The notes below the pieces were generated by a model. That model had not been told where the DNA came from and searched no databases. It saw only the letters and a program-made list of their open reading frames with translations. A program made the translations under genes and the position numbers. From Eubacteriales bacterium (GTDB lineage: Bacteria; Bacillota; Clostridia; Oscillospirales; JAAYXM01), in contig JAZQDV010000007.1 in NCBI GenBank assembly GCA_045546975.1, positions 73,176-137,175 of the forward strand: a stretch of DNA of 64,000 bases, given 5' to 3'. Positions 56,006 to 64,000 of the stretch are shown piece after piece. The first letter of the stretch is position 1, and each line of letters starts with the position of its first letter.

Positions 56006-56295
56006 TTGAATACCCTCTAAAAGTGTGTTAATATTTAGACAAAGAAAGGGTGATACCAATGTTCCAGAAGTAAATACGGAGCTTTGACGGGAGAAATAAA
56101 AACACAAACTCCAATCTCTTAAATGAGAAATTTTAATATAGATCATCTCCCCGAAAAGAAAACCGTAGGCATCATTCCGATATCAGGAAAGAGAGGTTAA
56201 ATTGATGTTAGATATCAAGAGTTCACAGAAATAACCCTCGGTCGTATGTAAGGTGAAAGATTACATCGGTCGAGGGTTATTTCTATTTTGTTCTC
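56006..56295 (+). ncRNA. Candidate orphan non-coding transcript (promoter to terminator, about 250 nt)
   Basis: TTGAAT, 17-nt spacer, TG-n-TAATAT (56006-56034). A 23-bp stem at 56228-56283 is followed by a T-rich tract. Only tiny ORFs lie inside (4, 9 and 25 codons). Confidence 0.3.
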
Positions 56296-56299
56296 TTTT

Positions 56300-56596
56300 T
56301 TACTTTTTGGGCAATATTATGGTTTTGTTCTTTTTCGATTCGCGATAGACAACAAACTTGTTTCCTATACACTGCACAGGACTTGCTCCCGTCGCATCGC
56401 AAACATCTCCGCACGCCTGCCTTACATCAAGGAAGGCGTTTTCTAAAATCTTAACCTTTATGATTTCATTTGCCTCAAGTGCAAGGTCTATCATTCTGAT
56501 TGTCTCATCATCAATACCGCCCTTGCCTATCTGGTGTTTTGCTTCAATTCCATTTGCGATTCCCCGCAAATATGCTCTTTGCTTTCCTGTCATCAT
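56300..56596 (-). CDS. yhbY: YhbY-like CRM-domain RNA-binding protein (ribosome assembly)
   Basis: 98 aa. Contains LTGKQRAYLRG...IGKGGI and KVKIL motifs. Confidence 0.85.
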   Translation of the reverse strand: MMTGKQRAYLRGIANGIEAKHQIGKGGIDDETIRMIDLALEANEIIKVKILENAFLDVRQACGDVCDATGASPVQCIGNKFVVYRESKKNKTIILPKK

Positions 56597-56781
56597 CTTC
56601 TCCTCTGTCTTTTATCCTGTTTTAAGGAATTTCCTGCATATAATCATATTCTTTATTCTATCATTTGTCGTATTCAAATTCAATACCACAGAGTAAAATC
56701 TTTCTTCATTATAAACTTGCTGTTTTTATTTGGTATGGTATATAATATCAATATAAGAACAATTAGAATCAGGAGGAAATA

Positions 56782-57630
56782 ATGAACAAGCTTACTGATA
56801 CATTTACACTTAAAAACGGGTACGAAATCCCATGTATAGGCTATGGCACTTGGCAGGTTGAGGACGGTGACGTCGCAGTTACGGCTATAAAGGAAGCGCT
56901 CAAATGCGGTTACCGCCACATTGATACTGCTGCGGTATACGGCAACGAGGTAAGTGTGGGCCGTGCCATAAAGGAGGGCGGAATCAATCGCGAGGAGCTT
57001 TTTATCACAAGCAAGGTGTGGAATACCGAGCGCGGTTATGAAAAGGCACTTGCAGCCTTTGAGGAAACACTTAAAAAACTTCAGCTCGATTATCTTGATT
57101 TATATCTCATACATTGGCCTGCATCGCCCTCGCGTTTTGAAAATGCGGATGAACTCAACCTCGGCACATGGAAGGCACTCACAGAGCTTTACAAGGCAGG
57201 AAAAATAAAGGCAATAGGTGTGTCAAACTTCTTGCCGCACCATCTTGAGCCACTTGTAAAGACGGAAATAGTTCCTATGGTAAACCAAATAGAGTTCCAC
57301 CCCGGATATATGCAGGCGGAAGCTGTAGAATACTGCAAGAAACACGACATCCTCATCGAGGCATGGAGCCCGCTCGGAAGGGGTGAAATGCTCGGCAACG
57401 AAACACTCATAAAAATCGCCGCAAAGTATAATAAATCCGTTGCACAGCTTTGCATACGCTGGTGCCTGCAGAACGGAGCTCTTCCACTTCCGAAATCCAT
57501 AACTCCTTTGAGAATCCTTGAAAACACAAAGGTGTTTGATTTTGAGATATCAAAAGAGGATATGGAAACTATAAACGCTATGGAATACTTCAGCGGCTCA
57601 GGAAGCCATCCGGATAAGATAAGCTTTTAA
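56782..57630 (+). CDS. Aldo/keto reductase
   Basis: 282 aa. Contains GYGTWQ, GYRHIDTAAVYGNE, LDYLDLYLIHWP and IPKS motifs. Confidence 0.9.
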   Translation: MNKLTDTFTLKNGYEIPCIGYGTWQVEDGDVAVTAIKEALKCGYRHIDTAAVYGNEVSVGRAIKEGGINREELFITSKVWNTERGYEKALAAFEETLKKLQLDYLDLYLIHWPASPSRFENADELNLGTWKALTELYKAGKIKAIGVSNFLPHHLEPLVKTEIVPMVNQIEFHPGYMQAEAVEYCKKHDILIEAWSPLGRGEMLGNETLIKIAAKYNKSVAQLCIRWCLQNGALPLPKSITPLRILENTKVFDFEISKEDMETINAMEYFSGSGSHPDKISF

Positions 57631-57691
57631 CCCGTAAAGTCCAAAGTCCGCTTTACGATAGATAAATAAATACAGATAAGGGGTTGATAGT

Positions 57692-58420
57692 ATGAAAAGG
57701 AACATTAAATGGACTGTTCTCTCGCTTGTGATTCTTTTTGCGCTTCCGCTTTTGGTCGCAAAGTTTGCAGGCACAAGCGGAATGGCACTTTGCTTTATAA
57801 TGTTCTTTGCCGTCAACCCTGTATTTTTTATTGCTGAGGGCATTTCCTCAGGTAAAGATATCAAACGGCATTGGTTTATGCCACTTGTTTCGGCGCTTAT
57901 ATATCTGCTGTCCACGTGGATAGTATTTGATATGGGCGAAACCGCTTTTGTGCTTTATTCCGGCATTTACCTTGCAATAGGTATTATTGTAATGTTAATC
58001 ACATCGGCAATATGCTATATCTCCGCAAAAAAAGAAATTCCAAAAGAGAGAATCACAATCTACGCAGTACTTACTTTATTCCTGATTGTATTTGTAGCCA
58101 TTATAACGGTTTTGGGAGTGTGGAAGCACAACAGAACCTTTACCGTTCACAGATGGATGGAAAATGTCGAGAACAGACACCACATAGTTAACAATATGCT
58201 TTCAAAGCACAAGCTTGTTGGTATGACCGAAAAGGAAATCATTGAACTTCTCGGCGAGGAAACTGAACACGCACCAGAGAGCTTCAAATATCCCCGAGGG
58301 GAGTTTCCGGACGAAAGCACGCTTACATATTATCTCGGTGTGGATTTTATGGATAATAATTGGCTTATTATTTCTATCGAAAATGGCAAAGCAACAAGTT
58401 ATAAAATAGGTCTTACATAA
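57692..58420 (+). CDS. Membrane protein with a C-terminal BamE/SmpA-like small domain
   Basis: Five predicted TM helices, then GMTEKEIIELLGEE, reminiscent of SmpA/OmlA-type folds. First gene of a tightly spaced 4-gene operon. Confidence 0.55.
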   Translation: MKRNIKWTVLSLVILFALPLLVAKFAGTSGMALCFIMFFAVNPVFFIAEGISSGKDIKRHWFMPLVSALIYLLSTWIVFDMGETAFVLYSGIYLAIGIIVMLITSAICYISAKKEIPKERITIYAVLTLFLIVFVAIITVLGVWKHNRTFTVHRWMENVENRHHIVNNMLSKHKLVGMTEKEIIELLGEETEHAPESFKYPRGEFPDESTLTYYLGVDFMDNNWLIISIENGKATSYKIGLT

Positions 58421-58433
58421 GGAGAAATGTAGT

Positions 58434-59378
58434 ATGAATAAAAAAGTATTGATAATAAGTTTAGTGATATGCTCTTTATTTCTTGCTGCCTGTCAGCATG
58501 ATTTGCCGCTGAATGAAACTGCCGAAATCGATGAGCAAGGCGTAATCAAAGGTCAGTTCGGTGAGCAGCTTGAAAAGAAGCCTATCAGAATGTTTAATGT
58601 TGACGGTGATTTGTATTACGATTCAGGACTTGTGAGCGAAAGCACTCCCCGTTGCGGAACGATGGATGGAGAGCTTACAAATACCGTTTCCGAAAACGAA
58701 ATACCTCTTAAATCAGGAGAAGCAAACTTCGATATTGACGGTTATCAGCACGCAACAAGTATTACAAAAGAAGTAAATATAGATGGCAAATGGCTTATTT
58801 TCAAGAAATATAACACCTATGAAAAAAACCTTGAAGATTTGAAATATTGCTATTACATAAAAGGTCATTTGAACAATGCTGCAGTAGATAGTGAATTTGT
58901 AGTTTTAACAGATAACATAAATGTTACTTTTAATGATGTCATTTCACCGATGTTAAGTTTTGTGAAAGAAAACGATAACAACGACTATCGTATATCCCAT
59001 AATATGATTGTATCCGGCGATAAATGGGGTATCACACTCTATACTGATAATGTAACTCCAAAAGGATTAACATTAAAAATTGAGCAGTTCGGTGGTAATC
59101 CTTCAGGAACCCTTGAATACGGAACACCATACACTCTTGAAACAACGGTTGATGATGAATGGCAAGAAGTGAAAACAATAACCGGTGAGCCTTTGGTTTG
59201 GACTCTGCCCGCTTATGGCATTAAGATGAACGACATTACGGAAATGAATATAAATTGGGAATATGGCTACGGAAAATTAAAGCCCGGTTTTTACCGTCTT
59301 AGGAAAGAAATCATGGACTTCAGAGAAAGCGGAGATTACGATAAGGAAACCTACGAGGTATATTTTACTATTGAGTAA
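58434..59378 (+). CDS. Lipoprotein, unknown function
   Basis: AAGGAGA RBS. Lipobox LFLAAC|Q. 314 aa. Confidence 0.6.
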   Translation: MNKKVLIISLVICSLFLAACQHDLPLNETAEIDEQGVIKGQFGEQLEKKPIRMFNVDGDLYYDSGLVSESTPRCGTMDGELTNTVSENEIPLKSGEANFDIDGYQHATSITKEVNIDGKWLIFKKYNTYEKNLEDLKYCYYIKGHLNNAAVDSEFVVLTDNINVTFNDVISPMLSFVKENDNNDYRISHNMIVSGDKWGITLYTDNVTPKGLTLKIEQFGGNPSGTLEYGTPYTLETTVDDEWQEVKTITGEPLVWTLPAYGIKMNDITEMNINWEYGYGKLKPGFYRLRKEIMDFRESGDYDKETYEVYFTIE

Positions 59379-59391
59379 GGAGGAATGACAA

Positions 59392-60894
59392 TTGAGAAAA
59401 TATGTAGGCTACATTCCGGCGGTACTCTTTACTGCATTTTATCTGTTTTCAGGACTTTCCGGAGTAAGTTTAACAATGCCAATGATCGTGTTTTGGCTTG
59501 TTTGCTTTTGGGTTTCTGCCTTTCTCCTGCACAAAGGTCTGTTCTGGGGCGGGGTGTTCGGTTTCGTTCCTGCGATAAATATGCTTTATATGGGCGGTGG
59601 ATATAGGGGACAAGTCATAAATATTGAAATCCCCTTAGGTGTTTTGTTATTGCTATTTTATGTACTCTTTGGCATATATCTTTGGAAGAAAAGGCGCGAC
59701 GCCGCTGCCCTCAAAGTAGAAACCAAGGAAATAGTCCTTTTGGCAGTCAAGTTTTTACTTACAATTGCGGTTATAATGATAAGCGCCTATATCGGTGTGC
59801 TGTCAAGTCTGATACTGACCTCAGAAGGCATACACAGTGCTATTGTTTTCGTTGGTGCATTGCTTCTCCCCTCTTTGCTATTTCCTCTGATATGGCTGAA
59901 GAAGAGAAAGCGCTTCTTCCTTATATGGCTTGCACCCGCCCTTGTTTATTTTATCGTCTTGGGCATTAACTACGGAATCGTCAGGTACGACAAGAGCATT
60001 ACCGTAGACACAGCACCAAACATTAATGTACATGAATATCTCCCGTTTAAGGAAGATTCAAAAATAGTAAAGCTCAATAGTAAAACGCTGAAGTTCACAG
60101 ATAATTTACCGATAATTGACGGTGCGGCGGCACTGTTTCCTGTTTACTCCGCATTTGTCAATGCGACATATCCTGACACAACGGAACTTCGTTATGACGG
60201 TCCTTTCCAGTATAACAACACTCCCGACGGTTACCGTCTTTTAGCGGAAAAGCAAACGGATATCTTCATCGGCGTTTACCCGTCTGAAGAGCAGCAGGCG
60301 TACGCAGAACATCGTAATACAACTTTCCGATACACACCTATCGGAGCGGAGGGCTTTGTGTTCTTTGTCCACAAGGATAACCCGATTGACAATCTCACAA
60401 CAGAGCAGCTTCGGGGTATTTATTCAGGTGAGATAACTAATTGGAGTGAGGTCGGCGGTAAAAACGAAAAGATTGAGGCCTTCCAACGAAACGAGGGTAG
60501 CGGAAGCCAGAGTATGCTGAAAAGGTTTATGGGCGACAAGCCCATAATGGATGCACCTAAAGAGCTCCGAAACGATTTGATGGTGGGTATTATTGAGAGA
60601 GTATCCAACTACAAGAGCAAAACCAATTCTATCGGCTTCTCGTTCAGATTTTATGTTGAGGGCATTATAAAGAATCCCGATATAAAAATGGTTTCCATCG
60701 ACGGTGTTGCACCTACGGCAGAGAACATCAAAAGCGGCAAATATCCCGTTGTGACGCCGATATATGCAGTAACGTATGAAGAACAACCAAGTGAAAATGT
60801 TTCTCGACTTCTTGATTGGATTCTTTCAGACGAAGGACAGTACATTATTGAAGAAACCGGCTATGTCGGTATAGTATCGGACTTTGCAGAATAA
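59392..60894 (+). CDS. Polytopic membrane domain fused to a PstS-family (phosphate-type) periplasmic binding domain
   Basis: About 200 aa with 6 TM helices, followed by a PBP domain. Contains IDGAAALFPVYSAF and NLTTEQLRGIYSGEITNWSEVGG. Confidence 0.65.
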   Translation: MRKYVGYIPAVLFTAFYLFSGLSGVSLTMPMIVFWLVCFWVSAFLLHKGLFWGGVFGFVPAINMLYMGGGYRGQVINIEIPLGVLLLLFYVLFGIYLWKKRRDAAALKVETKEIVLLAVKFLLTIAVIMISAYIGVLSSLILTSEGIHSAIVFVGALLLPSLLFPLIWLKKRKRFFLIWLAPALVYFIVLGINYGIVRYDKSITVDTAPNINVHEYLPFKEDSKIVKLNSKTLKFTDNLPIIDGAAALFPVYSAFVNATYPDTTELRYDGPFQYNNTPDGYRLLAEKQTDIFIGVYPSEEQQAYAEHRNTTFRYTPIGAEGFVFFVHKDNPIDNLTTEQLRGIYSGEITNWSEVGGKNEKIEAFQRNEGSGSQSMLKRFMGDKPIMDAPKELRNDLMVGIIERVSNYKSKTNSIGFSFRFYVEGIIKNPDIKMVSIDGVAPTAENIKSGKYPVVTPIYAVTYEEQPSENVSRLLDWILSDEGQYIIEETGYVGIVSDFAE

Positions 60895-60908
60895 GGAGTG
60901 TAAAATTA

Positions 60909-61421
60909 ATGAAGAAAATGGCATGGGTTTTATTGATAATAGTTCTCCTGGCTATTGGCGGATGCAAAGACAAAAAGGACCTCTATCTCCCCGAAGCGAA
61001 AAACGATAAAGTATTTACCACCATTGGCGGTGAAGATACGACACATCAGGGCGACGGTTATACCTTGACTGTGACTGCAAAGAATTACCGTTACGAAAAG
61101 GACTATGACGACGGTAATTTAGAAGAGGCGTGGGACTACACAAAAAAAGAAGATGTAGAAATCAGAGTCACAACATATAAAAACTCGGATGAGATCTCTG
61201 CAAGACGCAGATTCTTAAGGGAGAACGATGACTATATCTTTGAGGACTTAACCGGTTTTTCTGTTTGCGGAATCGAGCCCGACGGAGATACATTGTGGTT
61301 TAATATTCATGAAGCAAACGGAACAGTCTATATTGTTTCGTGGGAATATCCAAAAAACACAAAGGAAAATCTGAAAAATGAACTTGCCCAAATAGCGCAA
61401 ACTTTCAAGACAGTAAATTGA
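60909..61421 (+). CDS. Lipoprotein, unknown function
   Basis: AAGGAG RBS. Lipobox LAIGGC|K. 170 aa. Confidence 0.6.
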   Translation: MKKMAWVLLIIVLLAIGGCKDKKDLYLPEAKNDKVFTTIGGEDTTHQGDGYTLTVTAKNYRYEKDYDDGNLEEAWDYTKKEDVEIRVTTYKNSDEISARRRFLRENDDYIFEDLTGFSVCGIEPDGDTLWFNIHEANGTVYIVSWEYPKNTKENLKNELAQIAQTFKTVN

Positions 61422-61439
61422 GAAAATCCCGTACACATT

Positions 61440-61713
61440 GGGTGGTGCTTCATAGGGAGAATACGGTTTTTGATTGCTCTTTTTCGTTTATAGTGCACAA
61501 AAAAATACAGACATACGTCAGTATGTCCGCATTTTTTAATTTCTCTAATTCGAAAAATATCTAACCCAAAACTGCTTCGCACCAAAAAATCATAAGTTTG
61601 AGTGCAGAACAAGATAAAAAAGCTCGCAACCCTGACGGGTTGGGAGCTTTTTTGATGCAGTTATGTGCCAAAATCGTGGTTTTTTGGCGTTTTATCCCTA
61701 TGAAGCGCCACCC
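61440..61713 (-). mobile_element. 264-bp-class MITE-like element, copy B (inverted relative to copy A)
   Basis: The reverse complement matches 43046-43309 with about 5 substitutions (counted by eye). Inserted in the loop of a different hairpin, AAAATCCCGTACACA/TGTGTACGGGATTT. Confidence 0.75.
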
Positions 61714-61738
61714 TTTGTGTACGGGATTTATTTTCATT

Positions 61739-62413
61739 TTAACCGTTTGTTGCGTTACCGTCGCCGGAAACGGGGATTTTCTCCCCAAGGAAAGTTGGTT
61801 CGGGCTTATATATTGTCTTTAAGAAATCCTTGCACCTTGCAAGAATTTCGCGTGCTTCACGGTATGATTGCCCTCGATACGTCCGATAATCAGCGTCTAC
61901 GCCATATACTTCAATACCAAGCTTTTCGGCAATATACAAAGCTCGGTACAGGTGATACTTTTGCGTCACAACTATAATCTTATCGGCATCAAAAACTTCC
62001 TTTGCGCGGTACATACTCTCGTATGTTGAAAAGCCTGCGTGGTCCATGAAAATATCATCCGAGGGAATTTGCGAATCAAGAGCTACCTGCTTCATTGTAT
62101 TTACTTCGTCATACACCTTTCTTCCGTGGTCCCCGCTCATAATTATTTTGGGTGCCGCGCCCCCGTTGTAGAGTGCAATTCCTCTTTTCAGTCTGTCCGC
62201 AAGCATATCGCTCGGTTTTCCGTCGTCCTTGACCTGACATCCCAGCACCACGATACAGTCAATGTCGCGAAGTTCCATTGCTTCTTCGGGAGTAAGGATA
62301 TTTTCGCCGCCAACGTTCTTTACATGAGCGTTTATGGTAAAAACCGTTACTGCCCCCAAAATTACGAGGCCAAGAAGCGCAATTATAATTTTTTTAAGAA
62401 CTTTTTTCTTCAT
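61739..62413 (-). CDS. SanA/YdcF (DUF218) family protein
   Basis: N-terminal TM anchor. Contains IVVLGC...DRL and VTQKYHLYRALY motifs. Confidence 0.78.
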   Translation of the reverse strand: MKKKVLKKIIIALLGLVILGAVTVFTINAHVKNVGGENILTPEEAMELRDIDCIVVLGCQVKDDGKPSDMLADRLKRGIALYNGGAAPKIIMSGDHGRKVYDEVNTMKQVALDSQIPSDDIFMDHAGFSTYESMYRAKEVFDADKIIVVTQKYHLYRALYIAEKLGIEVYGVDADYRTYRGQSYREAREILARCKDFLKTIYKPEPTFLGEKIPVSGDGNATNG

Positions 62414-62565
62414 TTTTTCCTCTTTGTGAATTGGATTTGTTTTTTATATTATACCACAAATCCGTGGGTTTTCAATGTTGCGGTGGGAAATGACGATTTT
62501 AGAGAAGAGTGAAGAGAGCAGAATACCAAGAGAGACCCCGCATCTTTTCGATGTGGGGTCTCTCT

Positions 62566-62585
62566 TGGTGCGGGCGGTGGGACTT
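62566..62585 (-). repeat. 20-nt direct repeat of the tRNA-Leu 3' end (AAGTCCCACCGCCCGCACCA on the minus strand)
   Basis: Exact copy of 62709-62728. Followed by its own strong hairpin (62531-62563). Confidence 0.85.
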
Positions 62586-62708
62586 CTTTTCTGCAGAAAA
62601 GCCACGGCGGTTGCGGCGTGCCACCGGCACCCCGCCAAGAGCCGCCTTTCAAGTCCCTGCACATCCATATACCAAAAAAGAACACCGACTCTCGTCGGTG
62701 CTCTTTTT

Positions 62709-62791
62709 TGGTGCGGGCGGTGGGACTTGAACCCACACGTCGGGGACACTGGCTCCTAAGACCAGCGCGTCTGCCATTCCGCCACGCCCGC
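62709..62791 (-). tRNA. tRNA-Leu (anticodon TAG), CCA encoded
   Basis: Minus strand GCGGGCG...CTTAGGA anticodon loop, long variable arm, GGTTCAAGTCC T-arm, CGCCCGC-A-CCA. A hairpin terminator at 62679-62708 follows. Confidence 0.9.
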
Positions 62792-62843
62792 GGATATATA
62801 ATAATGCAGAATTATTCTTATCTTTTCATTAAATATGATTTTA

Positions 62844-63443
62844 TCACATTTCGCGTCTTCCTTCAAGTGCTCTTGTCAGAGTCATCTCGTCAGCATACTC
62901 AAGGTGACCGCCGACGGGGATACCGTATGCAAGGCGAGTTGAGACAACACCGAAAGGCTTTAAGAGACGTGCGATATACATCGCCGTTGCCTCACCCTCG
63001 GTATCAGGGTTTGTCGCAAGAATAACCTCGCGTATCTCGCCCTTTGAAACTCTTTCGCAGAGCTCCTTGATTCTTACATCGTCAGGGCCCACTCCGTTCA
63101 TAGGAGAGATGCACCCATGTAGTATATGATAAAGCCCGTTATACTCGCGCGTTTTTTCAATTGCCGCAACGTCTTTGGGGTCGGACACTACGCACACAAC
63201 ACTTTTATCACGCGCATCGTCTGAACAGATACTGCATATTTCCGTATCCGTGAGATTCTGACACACGCTACAGAACTTTACCGTTTTTTTTGCGGAGAGA
63301 ATTGCGTTTGCAAAGCCCTCTGCCTCGGCATCCGGGAGCGAAAGCATAAAAAATGCAAGTCTTTGCGCAGTCTTTCTTCCAACACCCGGCAGTTTCTGGA
63401 ACTGCTCTATTAAGTTTTCAACCGGTGCCGTAAAAAAGCGCAT
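62844..63443 (-). CDS. recR: Recombination protein RecR
   Basis: [14 protein letters not shown] HhH motif, CxxC zinc finger, Toprim domain. 199 aa. Confidence 0.95.
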   Translation of the reverse strand: MRFFTAPVENLIEQFQKLPGVGRKTAQRLAFFMLSLPDAEAEGFANAILSAKKTVKFCSVCQNLTDTEICSICSDDARDKSVVCVVSDPKDVAAIEKTREYNGLYHILHGCISPMNGVGPDDVRIKELCERVSKGEIREVILATNPDTEGEATAMYIARLLKPFGVVSTRLAYGIPVGGHLEYADEMTLTRALEGRREM

Positions 63444-63462
63444 AACTTCTCCCTCCGAAAAA

Positions 63463-63816
63463 TTAGAACATACCGGGGAGATTCATTCCTCCGGTGATTT
63501 TTTTCATCTCACTTGCTGCTGCATTTTCCGCCTTATTCATAGCCTCGCTGATTGCCGCAACAATGAGGTCTTCAAGCATCTCTACATCGTCAGGATCGCA
63601 TGCTTCGGGTGAAATTTTTATTGCAGTTACACGGTTTTTGCCGTTTACTGTCGCTTCTACAACTCCGCCGCCCGCACTTGCAGTATATGTCTTTTCCTGA
63701 AGCTCTTCCTGCATCTGCATCATATCCTGCTGCATCTTCTGAGCCTGCTTTATCATATTCATATTTATTCCGCCGCCACCGGGAAATCTGCCGCCCGGAA
63801 ATCCGCCTCTTGCCAT
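63463..63816 (-). CDS. ybaB: YbaB/EbfC-family nucleoid-associated protein
   Basis: 117 aa. Contains [12 protein letters not shown]-like and [11 protein letters not shown] motifs. Canonical dnaX-ybaB-recR order. Confidence 0.9.
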   Translation of the reverse strand: MARGGFPGGRFPGGGGINMNMIKQAQKMQQDMMQMQEELQEKTYTASAGGGVVEATVNGKNRVTAIKISPEACDPDDVEMLEDLIVAAISEAMNKAENAAASEMKKITGGMNLPGMF

Positions 63817-63828
63817 AATGTTTTCTCC

Positions 63829-64000
63829 TTACTTTACAGTTAATCCTTCCATGCCCTCAAGGCCTTCTAAAAGCTCATCAAGTCCACTTGTCACGGGAGC
63901 TTCTTTTTTTATTTCACGCACAACGGTTATGTTTATACCGGGTGCTACTTTTCCTGCCGCGCGCCTTAAGATATCCATATTTTCGCTTCTGGTAAGCATC
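63829..64000 (-). CDS. C-terminal end of a gene running off the window, probably DNA polymerase III gamma/tau (dnaX)
   Basis: The frame is open from the window edge to the TAA at 63829-63831 (...EAPVTSGLDELLEGLEGMEGLTVK). The call rests on synteny with ybaB-recR only. Confidence 0.5.
   Translation of the reverse strand, partial: MLTRSENMDILRRAAGKVAPGINITVVREIKKEAPVTSGLDELLEGLEGMEGLTVK

Overview
This 64-kb window looks like a spore-forming Firmicutes (Clostridia-like) chromosome. Evidence: an alpha/beta SASP gene, SLH domains, AGGAGG ribosome-binding sites, frequent TTG/GTG starts, and the syntenic blocks gdpP-rplI-dnaB-tilS-hpt-ftsH, uvrBA and dnaX-ybaB-recR. Most of the window is densely packed housekeeping genes with clear hairpin terminators. 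All family assignments are from reading the translations and motifs by eye; no searches were run.

Five things stand out.

1. A roughly 12-kb accessory island (about 8.06-20.23 kb) sits between fprA-rubredoxin and desulfoferrodoxin. It starts with a small tyrosine recombinase, followed 2 nt later by a 232-bp segment bounded by two 31-bp sites. The sites are identical except that the central 6 bp is reverse-complemented (TTGAAA vs TTTCAA). The segment carries a near-consensus promoter that currently points into tetR, a small membrane protein gene, a 2610-aa secreted beta-helix/GLUG protein, a 53-aa ORF starting 1 nt after that gene's stop codon, and a 3xSLH protein. I read this as a phase-variable invertible-promoter switch driving a giant surface protein.
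2. The 53-aa ORF and the N-terminus of the SLH protein share a TGVIVP[IL]P motif.
3. Two copies of a 264-bp MITE-like element (about 98% identical, with terminal inverted repeats of about 20 bp) are each inserted exactly at the apex of a different terminator hairpin. They lie in opposite orientations about 18 kb apart.
4. Both tRNAs in the window (Pro-CGG and Leu-TAG) have an 18-21-nt duplicate of their 3' end about 140-190 bp downstream, which looks like att-site scars.
5. There are two candidate RNA elements: a terminator/antiterminator leader upstream of pnuC, and an orphan promoter-to-terminator unit of about 250 nt in a convergent intergenic region.
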